This document shows, in pieces, positions 27,750-36,454 of a stretch of DNA of 60,248 bases. The notes below the pieces were generated by a model, which ran no database searches, was not told where the DNA came from, and saw only the letters and a program-made list of their open reading frames with translations. Every line of letters begins with the position of its first letter. The stretch's first letter is position 1. The position numbers and the translations under genes were made by a program. Where the stretch lies: NCBI GenBank assembly GCA_015058065.1, contig SVDB01000001.1, forward strand, positions 1-60,248, written 5' to 3'. The DNA is from Clostridiales bacterium. Its GTDB lineage: Bacteria > Bacillota > Clostridia > Peptostreptococcales > Anaerovoracaceae.

Positions 27750-28205
27750 ATGAAGAGAGTAATCACATACGGAACATATGACCTCCTGCACTACGGTCAC
27801 ATCAATCTCCTCAAGAGAGCCAAAGCCCTCGGTGACTATCTCATCGTTGCGATATCGACCGATGAATTCAACTGGAATTCCAAACAAAAGAAGTGCTACT
27901 TCACCTATGAGCAGCGCAAGGCGCTCGTCGAGGCAGTCAGATATGTAGATCTGGTCATCCCGGAAGAGAACTGGGAACAGAAAAAAACCGACATGCATGA
28001 GTACCACATCGATACGTTTGTTATCGGTGATGACTGGAAAGGCAAGTTCGACTTCCTCAGAGAAGAAGGAGTCGAAGTCGTTTACCTTCCGCGTACCCCT
28101 GAGATAAGCAGCAGTCAGATCAAGAAAGACCTCTATGACGCAAACGCCGTTGACGGAGAGAGCAAAACATCGCACGACGATATAGATACCAATCCTGAAA
28201 AATAG
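27750..28205 (+). CDS. tagD: glycerol-3-phosphate cytidylyltransferase
   Basis: N-terminus MKRVITYGTYDLLHYGHINLLKRAK (HxGH) and RTPEISSS (RTxGISTT-like). Confidence 0.9.
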   Translation: MKRVITYGTYDLLHYGHINLLKRAKALGDYLIVAISTDEFNWNSKQKKCYFTYEQRKALVEAVRYVDLVIPEENWEQKKTDMHEYHIDTFVIGDDWKGKFDFLREEGVEVVYLPRTPEISSSQIKKDLYDANAVDGESKTSHDDIDTNPEK

Positions 28206-28217
28206 ACTGACACAAAA

Positions 28218-28246
28218 ACCGCCGGCCATAAGCCGGCGGTCTTTTT
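28218..28246. terminator. bidirectional rho-independent terminator
   Basis: ACCGCCGGC-cataa-GCCGGCGGT forms a 9-bp stem. An A-run lies upstream and CTTTTT downstream. It sits between convergent genes. Confidence 0.85.
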
Positions 28247-28277
28247 ACTGCCATTCTTCTGATCGGATCAGCAAAGA

Positions 28278-29057
28278 CTAGAACGAAATGATCTCCTGAT
28301 TCAGATCGTCTACTGTGACGTTCACGTTATGATAACGTTCTCTCTTCTTCGTGATATTTCCGAAGTTGATAGCCTCCTTAGGGCAGTACTGCACGCAGGC
28401 GCAGCACGAGATGCATTTATCACTGAATACGACCGCCTTGCCGATATATCTGATATTGCCGACAGGACATACCTTCGCGCAGGTCCCGCACATCACACAG
28501 TTGTCGTTCGCTTTAAGAGTCTGGCCCTGTTTGCGCGCGATATCAGCCCACATAGCGTGCTCAGCTGAATTCCAGTAAGCCTTAGGAACGCCTCTCCTGG
28601 ACTTGACGTTGTTCTTGATGTCATTCGCGAACTTCTCAGCGAAGTGTTCAGCCCTGGCCTGCGCCTCGACAGCGCCCATCTTAGGCATCATAAGGTCGTG
28701 CGGGAAGAGCCAGATGCAGGTGCACTGGTGCGTGACCGCGGCCCAGTAATCGAGAGGAATGATCTCGTTGAGTTTTCTGAGACCTTCGCCCTTATATGCC
28801 GCGCTCTGGTTGATAGCGAAAGTATAAGCGTCAGGACTGACTTTGATATCGTACAGATATCTTTCGACATGGCCCGGAAGTCCGCCGCCGTAGCATGGGA
28901 ATATGAATCCTACCCTTTTCGCTTCTCTGACATCTGTCATAGCAGGATACTTGCGCATCATGATTATATCCGTATCGCCAAGGATCTTAGCGATGTTCTT
29001 TGCCATATCCAGACAGTTCCCGGTACCCGAATAGCAGAAAATTACATTCTCTTTCAT
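28278..29057 (-). CDS. flavodoxin-like / 2x[4Fe-4S] ferredoxin fusion (EFR1-type)
   Basis: N-terminus VIFCYSGTGNC. Two CxxCxxCxxxCP clusters are present (CVMCGTCAKVCP, CISCCACVQYCP). ATG 29057 follows GAGGAG. Confidence 0.75.
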   Translation of the reverse strand: MKENVIFCYSGTGNCLDMAKNIAKILGDTDIIMMRKYPAMTDVREAKRVGFIFPCYGGGLPGHVERYLYDIKVSPDAYTFAINQSAAYKGEGLRKLNEIIPLDYWAAVTHQCTCIWLFPHDLMMPKMGAVEAQARAEHFAEKFANDIKNNVKSRRGVPKAYWNSAEHAMWADIARKQGQTLKANDNCVMCGTCAKVCPVGNIRYIGKAVVFSDKCISCCACVQYCPKEAINFGNITKKRERYHNVNVTVDDLNQEIISF

Positions 29058-29316
29058 ATGTAGTCTCCTCTTCATTTGCGAAAGCTCCCCCACCTTCGCG
29101 TCAACAATTATTATCTACATTATTTATTATACAACAGACCGGCATGTTAAAAAAAGCGTTTCGGAAACTGTTTTGCAGAGCAGAGTTTTCGTCAGGCGCG
29201 GCAATGGAGCTGCCCTGCGCGGCAGTTTACAAATATCAGTCTTCAGATTATACTTTGTCTGTAATCAGACATAAGCGATCATTGATTCAGCTTAAAAATC
29301 AACGGAGATCATATCC

Positions 29317-30039
29317 ATGGCAAAGAACAAAGCAAGAAGCAGCAGCCCTGCGGCTCAGTCAGGCAAACAGAAAAAAGCTCAGAACAGCAAGCCTAAGAAC
29401 GACAAGGCTCAGAAAACCGGAAGCAAGCTTCCTGACAAAACTCCGGAGCAGCAGAAGGAAGTGCTTTATCAGATCAAGACCAAGCGCGATTCAGGCGTTT
29501 TGAAAGCATATATCACTTTTACTTACCGCGTGTTCCATCCTAAGGTCACAGCGAGGATGGTGCTCTACGGATTATTGATATTAGCGCCGGGCTTTGTCGT
29601 TAAAGCCCAGGCTCTTAAGATCGCTCTGTGGGTATTAGGTGGACTGGTCGTGCTTCTCGGACTGTTCCGCCAGTATATTTCGCTTGCCCTTACAAAAAGG
29701 TCGGATGCGGATTACCGCAACGGTACAGAATTCGTATATGAATTCACGCAGAATGACGCTTCATTTTTCCGCGATGGAGAACTGACTGCGTACAGCAGCA
29801 AATATAAAGACATCGATGCTGTCTTCTATGACGAAGAATATTACTATCTTAGTCTGACGAGCAGAGAATTCTTTGTCATTCCTATGGACAGATTCACAAT
29901 AGGAGATCCGTCCACTTTCAGCGATTTCATATACAAGAGATGCAAAAAGGTATGCCGCTGGATCCCTGCAAAGCTTGGCAACAAGATCAAAAAATACCAG
30001 TCAAGCCGCGCTATCGTAAGGGACCAGAAGAACCGCTAA
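29317..30039 (+). CDS. YcxB-like membrane protein (TM hairpin plus bacterial PH-like domain)
   Basis: Lys/Gln-rich N-tail, two TM segments, and a C-terminal YYLSLTSREFFVIPMDRF segment as in the YcxB family. Confidence 0.6.
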   Translation: MAKNKARSSSPAAQSGKQKKAQNSKPKNDKAQKTGSKLPDKTPEQQKEVLYQIKTKRDSGVLKAYITFTYRVFHPKVTARMVLYGLLILAPGFVVKAQALKIALWVLGGLVVLLGLFRQYISLALTKRSDADYRNGTEFVYEFTQNDASFFRDGELTAYSSKYKDIDAVFYDEEYYYLSLTSREFFVIPMDRFTIGDPSTFSDFIYKRCKKVCRWIPAKLGNKIKKYQSSRAIVRDQKNR

Positions 30040-30054
30040 AAAAAGGAGCTGAAC

Positions 30055-30648
30055 CTATGCGTTCAGCTCTATTATTTTTTTGACGAGCGGTTCAAGATTG
30101 TCTCTGCTCATGCCGTCATAATCGTTTTTGGCTCTTTCAATTATGAGATCCGCGTCCTCTTTGGCATACAATCCGTGAGCCCCGACCTCAATAAAATTCT
30201 TGAACAGTGTTTTGTCCAGCATCACCAGTTTGTTCTTCCGGATCTTTCCCGGGAGCATGAAGAAGTTTATATTGTTTTGTCCTTCACACCCGTTCCGGCG
30301 GCGAAGCAGATCGACATAAGACCTGCTGTCAGGGTCACCGAGGCCTACGCCGCATATGAAGAGATTCCTTCCCTCAAGTCCGAAATTATTATAATTCTGC
30401 CACAGCATGTTCAGCATGTAGATATCACCGTTGCGTACGGCGCCGATGAATACGACATTTTTATAAAAGCTGACATATCCCAGTTTTCTCTTGTCAAACC
30501 CCATGCCATCACATCCCAGTTCCTCCATCAGCCACTTTGCGTACTGCAGGGAGGTGCCGTGCTTGCCTGCGCATACAACGATCGTGTCTATTGAATCACC
30601 GGTCTCTGCTCTCCGGTTTTCTCTTGCTGTCCTGTTAGGATTCTTCAT
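30055..30648 (-). CDS. flavodoxin-domain protein (HemG/Flavodoxin_5-like)
   Basis: 197 aa. The pattern IVVCAGKHGTSLQYAKWL resembles flavodoxin-like proteins. The assignment is tentative. Confidence 0.45.
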   Translation of the reverse strand: MKNPNRTARENRRAETGDSIDTIVVCAGKHGTSLQYAKWLMEELGCDGMGFDKRKLGYVSFYKNVVFIGAVRNGDIYMLNMLWQNYNNFGLEGRNLFICGVGLGDPDSRSYVDLLRRRNGCEGQNNINFFMLPGKIRKNKLVMLDKTLFKNFIEVGAHGLYAKEDADLIIERAKNDYDGMSRDNLEPLVKKIIELNA

Positions 30649-30829
30649 CTGTTTTTTAACCTCTCACCTTATAATAAGGGTCATAACACCGAAAACTATG
30701 CCATAAAATATTACTATATAATCAGCATACAAATCAAACATTGTCAGTAATCCTATCTACGCCTTCGCGGAGGGTGAAATCCTTTATAAAAAATAATGTC
30801 ATTAATTTCACATTATCTTCACATTAGTA

Positions 30830-30857
30830 TTGACTTGGACTTAAGGAATGCTATAAT
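30830..30857 (+). promoter_or_regulatory. sigma-70-type promoter with extended -10
   Basis: TTGACT, 16-nt spacer, TGcTATAAT. It lies ~75 nt upstream of ATG 30931. Confidence 0.65.
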
Positions 30858-30930
30858 CAGACTTAAAGAAGTGTTGAATCGCATATTCAATATTCTTATA
30901 ATAGTACTATTATTTATAGGAGGTTTTTTT

Positions 30931-31857
30931 ATGTCTAAATGGATTCTTATTGGTATAGCCCTTTTAGGCCTTATCTACAACGTCATTCTGATGTGGAGAA
31001 AGATGAAACAGATCCGCGCAATGTCTGAAACAGAATTCGGTTGCAGCGGTGAGGAACTCTGGCAGTCGCAGAAGAAGCATTTCTGGTATAACTTCATTCT
31101 TGCCGGAATCATTGCTAACTTCTTCGACACACTGGGCATCGGATCATTTGCTCCTACTTCGACATACTTCAAAATCGGAAAGTCAGTAGACGACGTTCTC
31201 GTACCTGGTACACTGAACGTAGGCGACACGGTTCCTGTATGTGTAGAGGCGGCTGCATTCTTCGGTCTCGTTGACATGGATGTTCTCACGCTCGTTACCA
31301 TGATCGTTTCATCCGTTCTCGGTTCATACCTCATGGCCGGTATCGTTTCCAAGTTCGACCGTAAGCACGTACGTTACGCTCTGTTCGTAGGACTGTTCCT
31401 CCTCTCCGTCGTTATGTTCATGAAGTGGAGAGGCATTGGCCCGTTCGGAGAAGTCGGAACAGCTATGGGTCTTCGTGGAATCAAGCTGATCATTGCTATC
31501 GTTGTCAACTTCATCCTCGGCGGACTGATGTCCATCGGCGTAGGTCTCTATGCTCCTTGCATGGCTCTCTGCGCACTCCTCGGACTCGATGTCGGCTGCG
31601 CATTCCCTGCTATGATGGGTTCCTGCGCATTCCTGATGGCATACGGCAATGGTCCTAAGTTCATCAAGGAAGGTCGTTACGACATGAACGCTTGCTGGGC
31701 TATGGCTCTCGGCGGCGGTCTCATCGGAGTTCCTATCGCAGCTTGGATCGTTGGAAGCATGCCGCTTTACTGGCTGACTCTCCTGGTTGTAGTTGTCTGC
31801 TTCCTGACTTCGCTCCTCTACCTGAAGGATGCTATCAAGAAGGGATCTGCTATCTAA
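30931..31857 (+). CDS. TSUP (TauE/SafE-like) family permease
   Basis: 309 aa and polytopic, with two half-repeats (LGIGSFAP; GGLMSIGVGLYAP). ATG 30931 follows AGGAGG. The track start at 30796 is an upstream extension. Confidence 0.5.
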   Translation: MSKWILIGIALLGLIYNVILMWRKMKQIRAMSETEFGCSGEELWQSQKKHFWYNFILAGIIANFFDTLGIGSFAPTSTYFKIGKSVDDVLVPGTLNVGDTVPVCVEAAAFFGLVDMDVLTLVTMIVSSVLGSYLMAGIVSKFDRKHVRYALFVGLFLLSVVMFMKWRGIGPFGEVGTAMGLRGIKLIIAIVVNFILGGLMSIGVGLYAPCMALCALLGLDVGCAFPAMMGSCAFLMAYGNGPKFIKEGRYDMNACWAMALGGGLIGVPIAAWIVGSMPLYWLTLLVVVVCFLTSLLYLKDAIKKGSAI

Positions 31858-31889
31858 TTACTATCAGCGATTCAGAAACAATGAATTAC

Positions 31890-31925
31890 AAAAGAGTCGG
31901 TCAAATGACCGGCTCTTTTATTTTC
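31890..31925. terminator. bidirectional rho-independent terminator
   Basis: AAAAGAGTCGGTC-aaat-GACCGGCTCTTTT then ATTTTC. It sits between convergent genes. Confidence 0.8.
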
Positions 31926-31945
31926 ACTTTTTAGTTTTTAGGTTT

Positions 31946-32539
31946 CTAATTGTAACTCTCTCTCAGCTTGCCGTCAGACCTGACGACCTTTCTTTTATAC
32001 GGAGCAAGCAGGTCATCGAGTTCGTATTTGTCGAATGGCACCAGAGCGTAGAATTTATCCAGGCTTTTTTCCGTTTCGGAGTCTCTGGTCTGTATGTTCA
32101 GAGTTGCCTTGCCTTCTATACAAAGTACTCCTGCCTCGTCATCGCGTATGATTTTTTTGATCTGTGCGTCACGTATGTAATAGGTCTTGAGCTTCATTCC
32201 CTGCTGATATACGTAATAGACAGTATCGTCGCTGACCTCGAACCTCGCGTTGTGAAATCCGTTGAATGGATCCTGGGACATCCGCTTGCCTCGTCGTGCA
32301 ACAATATACGTAAGAGCTGCGACTGTCCAGATCATTAAGTGTACCGGAAGCTGACTCGACTCAGCGCTCTGCGTCCTGAGCGCTACGTTTACTATGACAG
32401 CCAGGCCCACTGCGAGGATCCCGTATGAAGCGAGCCTGAATCCGGAGCCTTTCTTCGTGCCCTTAGCCCACTTATGTTTTCGTGCATTAAGTATACCGAG
32501 ATCTCCAGGGTATACATCATTATTAGGATCTAACCTCAT
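31946..32539 (-). CDS. hypothetical membrane protein (two TM plus PH-like C-terminal domain)
   Basis: 197-aa ORF with two hydrophobic segments and a beta-rich C-terminus. I recognise no family motif. Confidence 0.5.
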   Translation of the reverse strand: MRLDPNNDVYPGDLGILNARKHKWAKGTKKGSGFRLASYGILAVGLAVIVNVALRTQSAESSQLPVHLMIWTVAALTYIVARRGKRMSQDPFNGFHNARFEVSDDTVYYVYQQGMKLKTYYIRDAQIKKIIRDDEAGVLCIEGKATLNIQTRDSETEKSLDKFYALVPFDKYELDDLLAPYKRKVVRSDGKLRESYN

Positions 32540-32697
32540 ATATTTTTCACCTCTTTACTAAATGGCATCCGCACAGCCTGCATACAGGCTGTTCCGCCTT
32601 ATAAATATCTTTTATATTGTACATTATCTGTATCTAAAAGTAAATTTACACCACCTCGTTGAAGTATACGCGGCGATAATGGATTGTCTGTATTCTG

Positions 32698-32725
32698 TTG
32701 ACTTGGTTTTAAAGAATGGTATAAT
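32698..32725 (+). promoter_or_regulatory. sigma-70-type promoter with extended -10 for the LysR gene
   Basis: TTGACT, 16-nt spacer, TGgTATAAT. It is 26/31 identical to the promoter at 30830. Confidence 0.65.
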
Positions 32726-32774
32726 CTGTATTAAGAAATTCTTTTATCAATTTGTTTAAGCGAGTTCTGTATTA

Positions 32775-33659
32775 ATGGATATTCTGAAATGCAAAGCATT
32801 TGTAACGGCCGCTGATGAAGGCAGCTTCACTGCGGCCGGAAAGATAATGGGCTATACTCCTTCAGGCATCAGCCAGCTTGTTTCCGCAGCGGAAAAGGAA
32901 TTCGGGTTTTCCCTTCTGATGCGCAAGAGCAACGGAGTCGTACTGACACGCGAGGGCGAATACATCTATCCCCTTGCCATAGAGTTCATCGAAAAAGAGG
33001 CCGAATTATATAAAGCCGCTACCGAACTTTCGGGGATGTACAAAGGCAATGTAATGATTGCCGCGTATTCCAGCATCGCTGCGCAGGTGCTTCCTCAGAT
33101 CATCAAGGATTTCACCGATCTGCACCCTTCCATCAATATTCAGATAGAAGAGGCTACCAAGAATAAGATCGATAAGATGGTCACCTCCGGCAAGGCTGAT
33201 CTTTCGTTCTCATCGCGGCTTTCAAACAAATCTTTTATGTGGATACCTTTCGCCGAGGACCGCATGGTAGCCGTTCTTCCAAGAAATCACCCTGACGCGG
33301 ATTCCCCGGCATACCCTATCAAGAAGTGCAAAAAGGAAAATCTCATTATGCCGAGCGAAGGAGATGACGCGGATGTAAGGGAGCTCTTCAAACGTCACGG
33401 GATCGTCCCTAATGTGCGGCTTACCACTCTCGAAAACTATACAGCCATAAACATGGTAGAAAAGGGTCTGGGCATAGGCATAATGAACGAAGGCATCACC
33501 AGGAACTGGAAGACCGGAACGGTCATCATACCCGTAGATCCTCCGAGCAGCATAGAACTGGGCATTTCCCTGCCTTCACTTGAAGACGCGGCGCCTGCTG
33601 TCAGAGAATTCGTGCTCTTCGCTGCGGATAAACTGAATGTAAAAATACCTGAGCAATAG
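32775..33659 (+). CDS. LysR-family transcriptional regulator
   Basis: N-terminal HTH FVTAADEGSFTAAGKIMGYTPSGISQLV plus a LysR substrate-binding domain. Confidence 0.9.
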   Translation: MDILKCKAFVTAADEGSFTAAGKIMGYTPSGISQLVSAAEKEFGFSLLMRKSNGVVLTREGEYIYPLAIEFIEKEAELYKAATELSGMYKGNVMIAAYSSIAAQVLPQIIKDFTDLHPSINIQIEEATKNKIDKMVTSGKADLSFSSRLSNKSFMWIPFAEDRMVAVLPRNHPDADSPAYPIKKCKKENLIMPSEGDDADVRELFKRHGIVPNVRLTTLENYTAINMVEKGLGIGIMNEGITRNWKTGTVIIPVDPPSSIELGISLPSLEDAAPAVREFVLFAADKLNVKIPEQ

Positions 33660-33689
33660 CTCAGGTATTTTCATTTGCAGAATCATTCT

Positions 33690-33717
33690 CCGGGCAGTTA
33701 ACTGCCCGGTTTTTTTA
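33690..33717. terminator. rho-independent terminator
   Basis: CCGGGCAGT-ta-ACTGCCCGG then TTTTTTT. It sits between convergent LysR and feoAB genes. Confidence 0.85.
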
Positions 33718-33728
33718 TGCATCGTATA

Positions 33729-36077
33729 CTATCCCAATCCGATCGATAACCCTATAAGGCGTACGATCAGCGCGGCTATCCACGCGATGCAGCACTGGCA
33801 GAGGACCACGTACAGCGCCCAGCCGCCACCAAGTTCTCTTTTTACTGCCGCGACAGCTGCCACACAAGGAGTATAGAGCAGGCTGAACACCAGCATCGAA
33901 GCTGCTTCAAGAGATGTAAGCGCTGCAGCCACGCCTCCGGCGAAGAGAACATTCATCGTTGCCACGACGCTCTCCTTGGCCATAAATCCGCTTATGAGGG
34001 CCGTCACTATGCGCCAGTCTCCCAGCCCTACCGGTTTGAATACAGGAGCCAGAACTCCCGCTATCGCTGCCAGCATGGAATCCTGCGCGTCCGCCACCAT
34101 GTTGAATCCGAAGTCGAAACTCTGCAGGAACCAAACGACTATCGTCGCTATGAGGATCACCGAGAACGCTCTCTGCAGAAAATCCTTGGACTTGTCCCAG
34201 ATGAGATGACCTACGTTCTTGGCTGAAGGCAGCCTGTAGTTAGGAAGCTCCATGACCAGAGGCACCGCCTCGCCTTTGAAGACAGTCTTTTTCATGACTA
34301 TGGCTGACAGGACTCCTGTTACGACTCCGAACAGGTAAAGCGCGGTCACTATCCACCATCCGTTTCCCGGGAAGAACGCCGCCACAAAGAAGCCGTATAT
34401 CGGCAGCTTCGCCGTGCAAGACATGAACGGTGTCAGCAGTATCGTCATCCGCCTGTCTCTGGAACTCGGCAGCGTGCGTGTAGCCATTACGGCAGGCACT
34501 GTGCAGCCGAAGCCTATCAGCATCGGAACGATGCTCCGGCCTGAAAGTCCGATTTTCCTAAGAGGCTTGTCCATAACGAACGCTACTCTTGCTATATACC
34601 CGCTGTCCTCAAGCAGCGACAGGAAGAAGAACATGGTCACGATTATCGGCAGGAAGCTCAGTACGCTTCCTACTCCCTCGAATATTCCGTTCATCACCAG
34701 ACTGCTTATCGCGGGATTCACGTTTCCGGCATTCATTGCGTTTTCTGCAGCCGCGCCCAGAGCTCCGATGCCGTCCTCGAGCAGACCCTGCAGGAACGGT
34801 CCTATGACCGCGAATGTCAGGAAGAACACAGCCGCCATTACCGCGATGAAAACCGGTATGGCAGTGTACTTTCCGGTCAGGACGCTGTCCCACCTACTGC
34901 TCCTGATATGCTCCCTGCTCTCTTTCGGGCGAGTAATGCAGTTATCGCACACCTTATATATAAAGGAGTAGCGCATATCAGCCATCGCGGCGCTCCTGTC
35001 GAGTCCGCGCTCGTTTTCCATCTGCAAAATTATGTGCTCGAGAGTCTCCTTTTCGTTCTGATCGAGTTTAAGAGCGTCAAGGATAAGATGATCGCCTTCG
35101 ATCAGTTTTGCAGCGGCAAAGCGCTCAGGAATTCCGGCTCTTTCGGCGTGGTCTTCTATGAGATGGCCGACCGCGTGCAGGCAGCGATGCACCGCTCCCC
35201 CATGCTCTGTACTGTCGCAGAAATCCTGTCTCATAGGGCCTTCCTGATACTTCGCCACATGGATGGCGTGGCTCACGAGTTCGTCTACGCCCTGGTTCTG
35301 AGAAGCTGATATAGGCACGACTGGCACGCCCAGCATCTGTTCCATCAGGTTGATATCTACAGCGCCGCCATTGCCCGTCATCTCATCCATCATGTTGAGG
35401 GCTACGACCATCGGGAATCCCATCTCGAGCAGCTGCATCGTCAGATACAGGCTGCGGTCGATGCTGGTCACGTCAAGTATGTTTATGATCGCCTTCGGCT
35501 TTTCTTTGAGCACGAAGTCTCGGGAGACTATTTCCTCACCTGAGTAAGGAGACATCGAATAGATACCCGGCAGGTCGGTGATGAGCGTATCCGGATGCCC
35601 CTTTATCATGCCGTCCTTGCGGTCAACAGTAACGCCCGGAAAATTGCCCACGTGCTGGTTTGATCCGGTAAGCTGATTGAACAGCGTCGTTTTGCCGCTG
35701 TTCTGGTTGCCCACGAGTGCGAACGTCAGAGTCGTACCTTCAGGCAGAGGCGCTTCGCCTTTCTTTTCGTGGTACCTGCCCTCTTCGCCCAGACCCGGAT
35801 GCTCTGTCTCGTCTTCGGCCACGCGTTCTTCTACCTGTTCAATGACCTCATCATCTGTCAGCCTGATCACTATCTTGTCAGCGTCAGACAGACGAAGAGT
35901 CAGCTCATACCCATGTATGCGGACCTCCATCGGGTCTCCCATCGGCGCGAATTTTATGAGTTTCACATGCGCTCCGGGGATCACTCCCATGTCGAGCAGA
36001 TGCTGTCTGAGAGCGCCTTTGCCTCCGACCGAACATATATATGCTGATTGCCCCTGTTTTAATTCACTGAGTTTCAT
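33729..36077 (-). CDS. feoB: FeoA-FeoB fusion ferrous iron transporter
   Basis: The N-terminal ~75 aa form a FeoA SH3-like domain (GAHVKLIKFAPMGDPMEV). This is followed by G-domain GNQNSGKTTLFN, DLPG and the FeoB membrane domain. Confidence 0.9.
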   Translation of the reverse strand: MKLSELKQGQSAYICSVGGKGALRQHLLDMGVIPGAHVKLIKFAPMGDPMEVRIHGYELTLRLSDADKIVIRLTDDEVIEQVEERVAEDETEHPGLGEEGRYHEKKGEAPLPEGTTLTFALVGNQNSGKTTLFNQLTGSNQHVGNFPGVTVDRKDGMIKGHPDTLITDLPGIYSMSPYSGEEIVSRDFVLKEKPKAIINILDVTSIDRSLYLTMQLLEMGFPMVVALNMMDEMTGNGGAVDINLMEQMLGVPVVPISASQNQGVDELVSHAIHVAKYQEGPMRQDFCDSTEHGGAVHRCLHAVGHLIEDHAERAGIPERFAAAKLIEGDHLILDALKLDQNEKETLEHIILQMENERGLDRSAAMADMRYSFIYKVCDNCITRPKESREHIRSSRWDSVLTGKYTAIPVFIAVMAAVFFLTFAVIGPFLQGLLEDGIGALGAAAENAMNAGNVNPAISSLVMNGIFEGVGSVLSFLPIIVTMFFFLSLLEDSGYIARVAFVMDKPLRKIGLSGRSIVPMLIGFGCTVPAVMATRTLPSSRDRRMTILLTPFMSCTAKLPIYGFFVAAFFPGNGWWIVTALYLFGVVTGVLSAIVMKKTVFKGEAVPLVMELPNYRLPSAKNVGHLIWDKSKDFLQRAFSVILIATIVVWFLQSFDFGFNMVADAQDSMLAAIAGVLAPVFKPVGLGDWRIVTALISGFMAKESVVATMNVLFAGGVAAALTSLEAASMLVFSLLYTPCVAAVAAVKRELGGGWALYVVLCQCCIAWIAALIVRLIGLSIGLG

Positions 36078-36154
36078 TTTTCACCCGATTCATTGTGGTT
36101 AGTAGTAACAAACGAATCATCTCACAAACAGAGAGTTTATTCAATCCCGGGGCA

Positions 36155-36178
36155 ATAAAAAAGCGGACTAGTGTCCGC
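36155..36178 (-). terminator. rho-independent terminator after the Cys-rich peptide gene
   Basis: The minus strand reads GCGGAC-acua-GUCCGC then UUUUUUAU. The stem overlaps the TAG stop. Confidence 0.6.
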
Positions 36179-36329
36179 AGTTTGTTCCCTGCCTGTGTTT
36201 CGGGCAGGAATCCGCGTACGGGCAGCCGACACAATGGTTGCCCTTCTTTTTTTCTTTATACAGATAGCGGGCGGCAAAGAATAGTATCACCGCTATCGCT
36301 ATTACCGCCAATACCGTTGCCGTGTTCAT
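36168..36329 (-). CDS. FeoB-associated Cys-rich membrane peptide (53 aa), absent from the ORF track
   Basis: My own translation: MNTATVLAVIAIAVILFFAARYLYKEKKKGNHCVGCPYADSCPKHRQGTNCGH. GGAGG RBS lies 8 nt upstream. It has one TM plus a Cys-rich tail and sits directly downstream of feoB. Confidence 0.75.
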   Translation of the reverse strand: MNTATVLAVIAIAVILFFAARYLYKEKKKGNHCVGCPYADSCPKHRQGTNCGH

Positions 36330-36378
36330 TGCTTGCCCTCCTTTCCGATATTGAACGATCCTTCATGAAACCAACGAG

Positions 36379-36414
36379 CACAGTGCACGGTACAATAACG
36401 CGCCGTGCACTGTG
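36379..36414 (-). other. 12-bp perfect stem-loop between feoB and the Cys-rich gene
   Basis: CACAGTGCACGG-12 nt-CCGTGCACTGTG. No U-run follows on either strand. Confidence 0.6.
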
Positions 36415-36454
36415 AAATAGTTATTGGATAGTTATTGAGAAGTACAGCTGTGTG

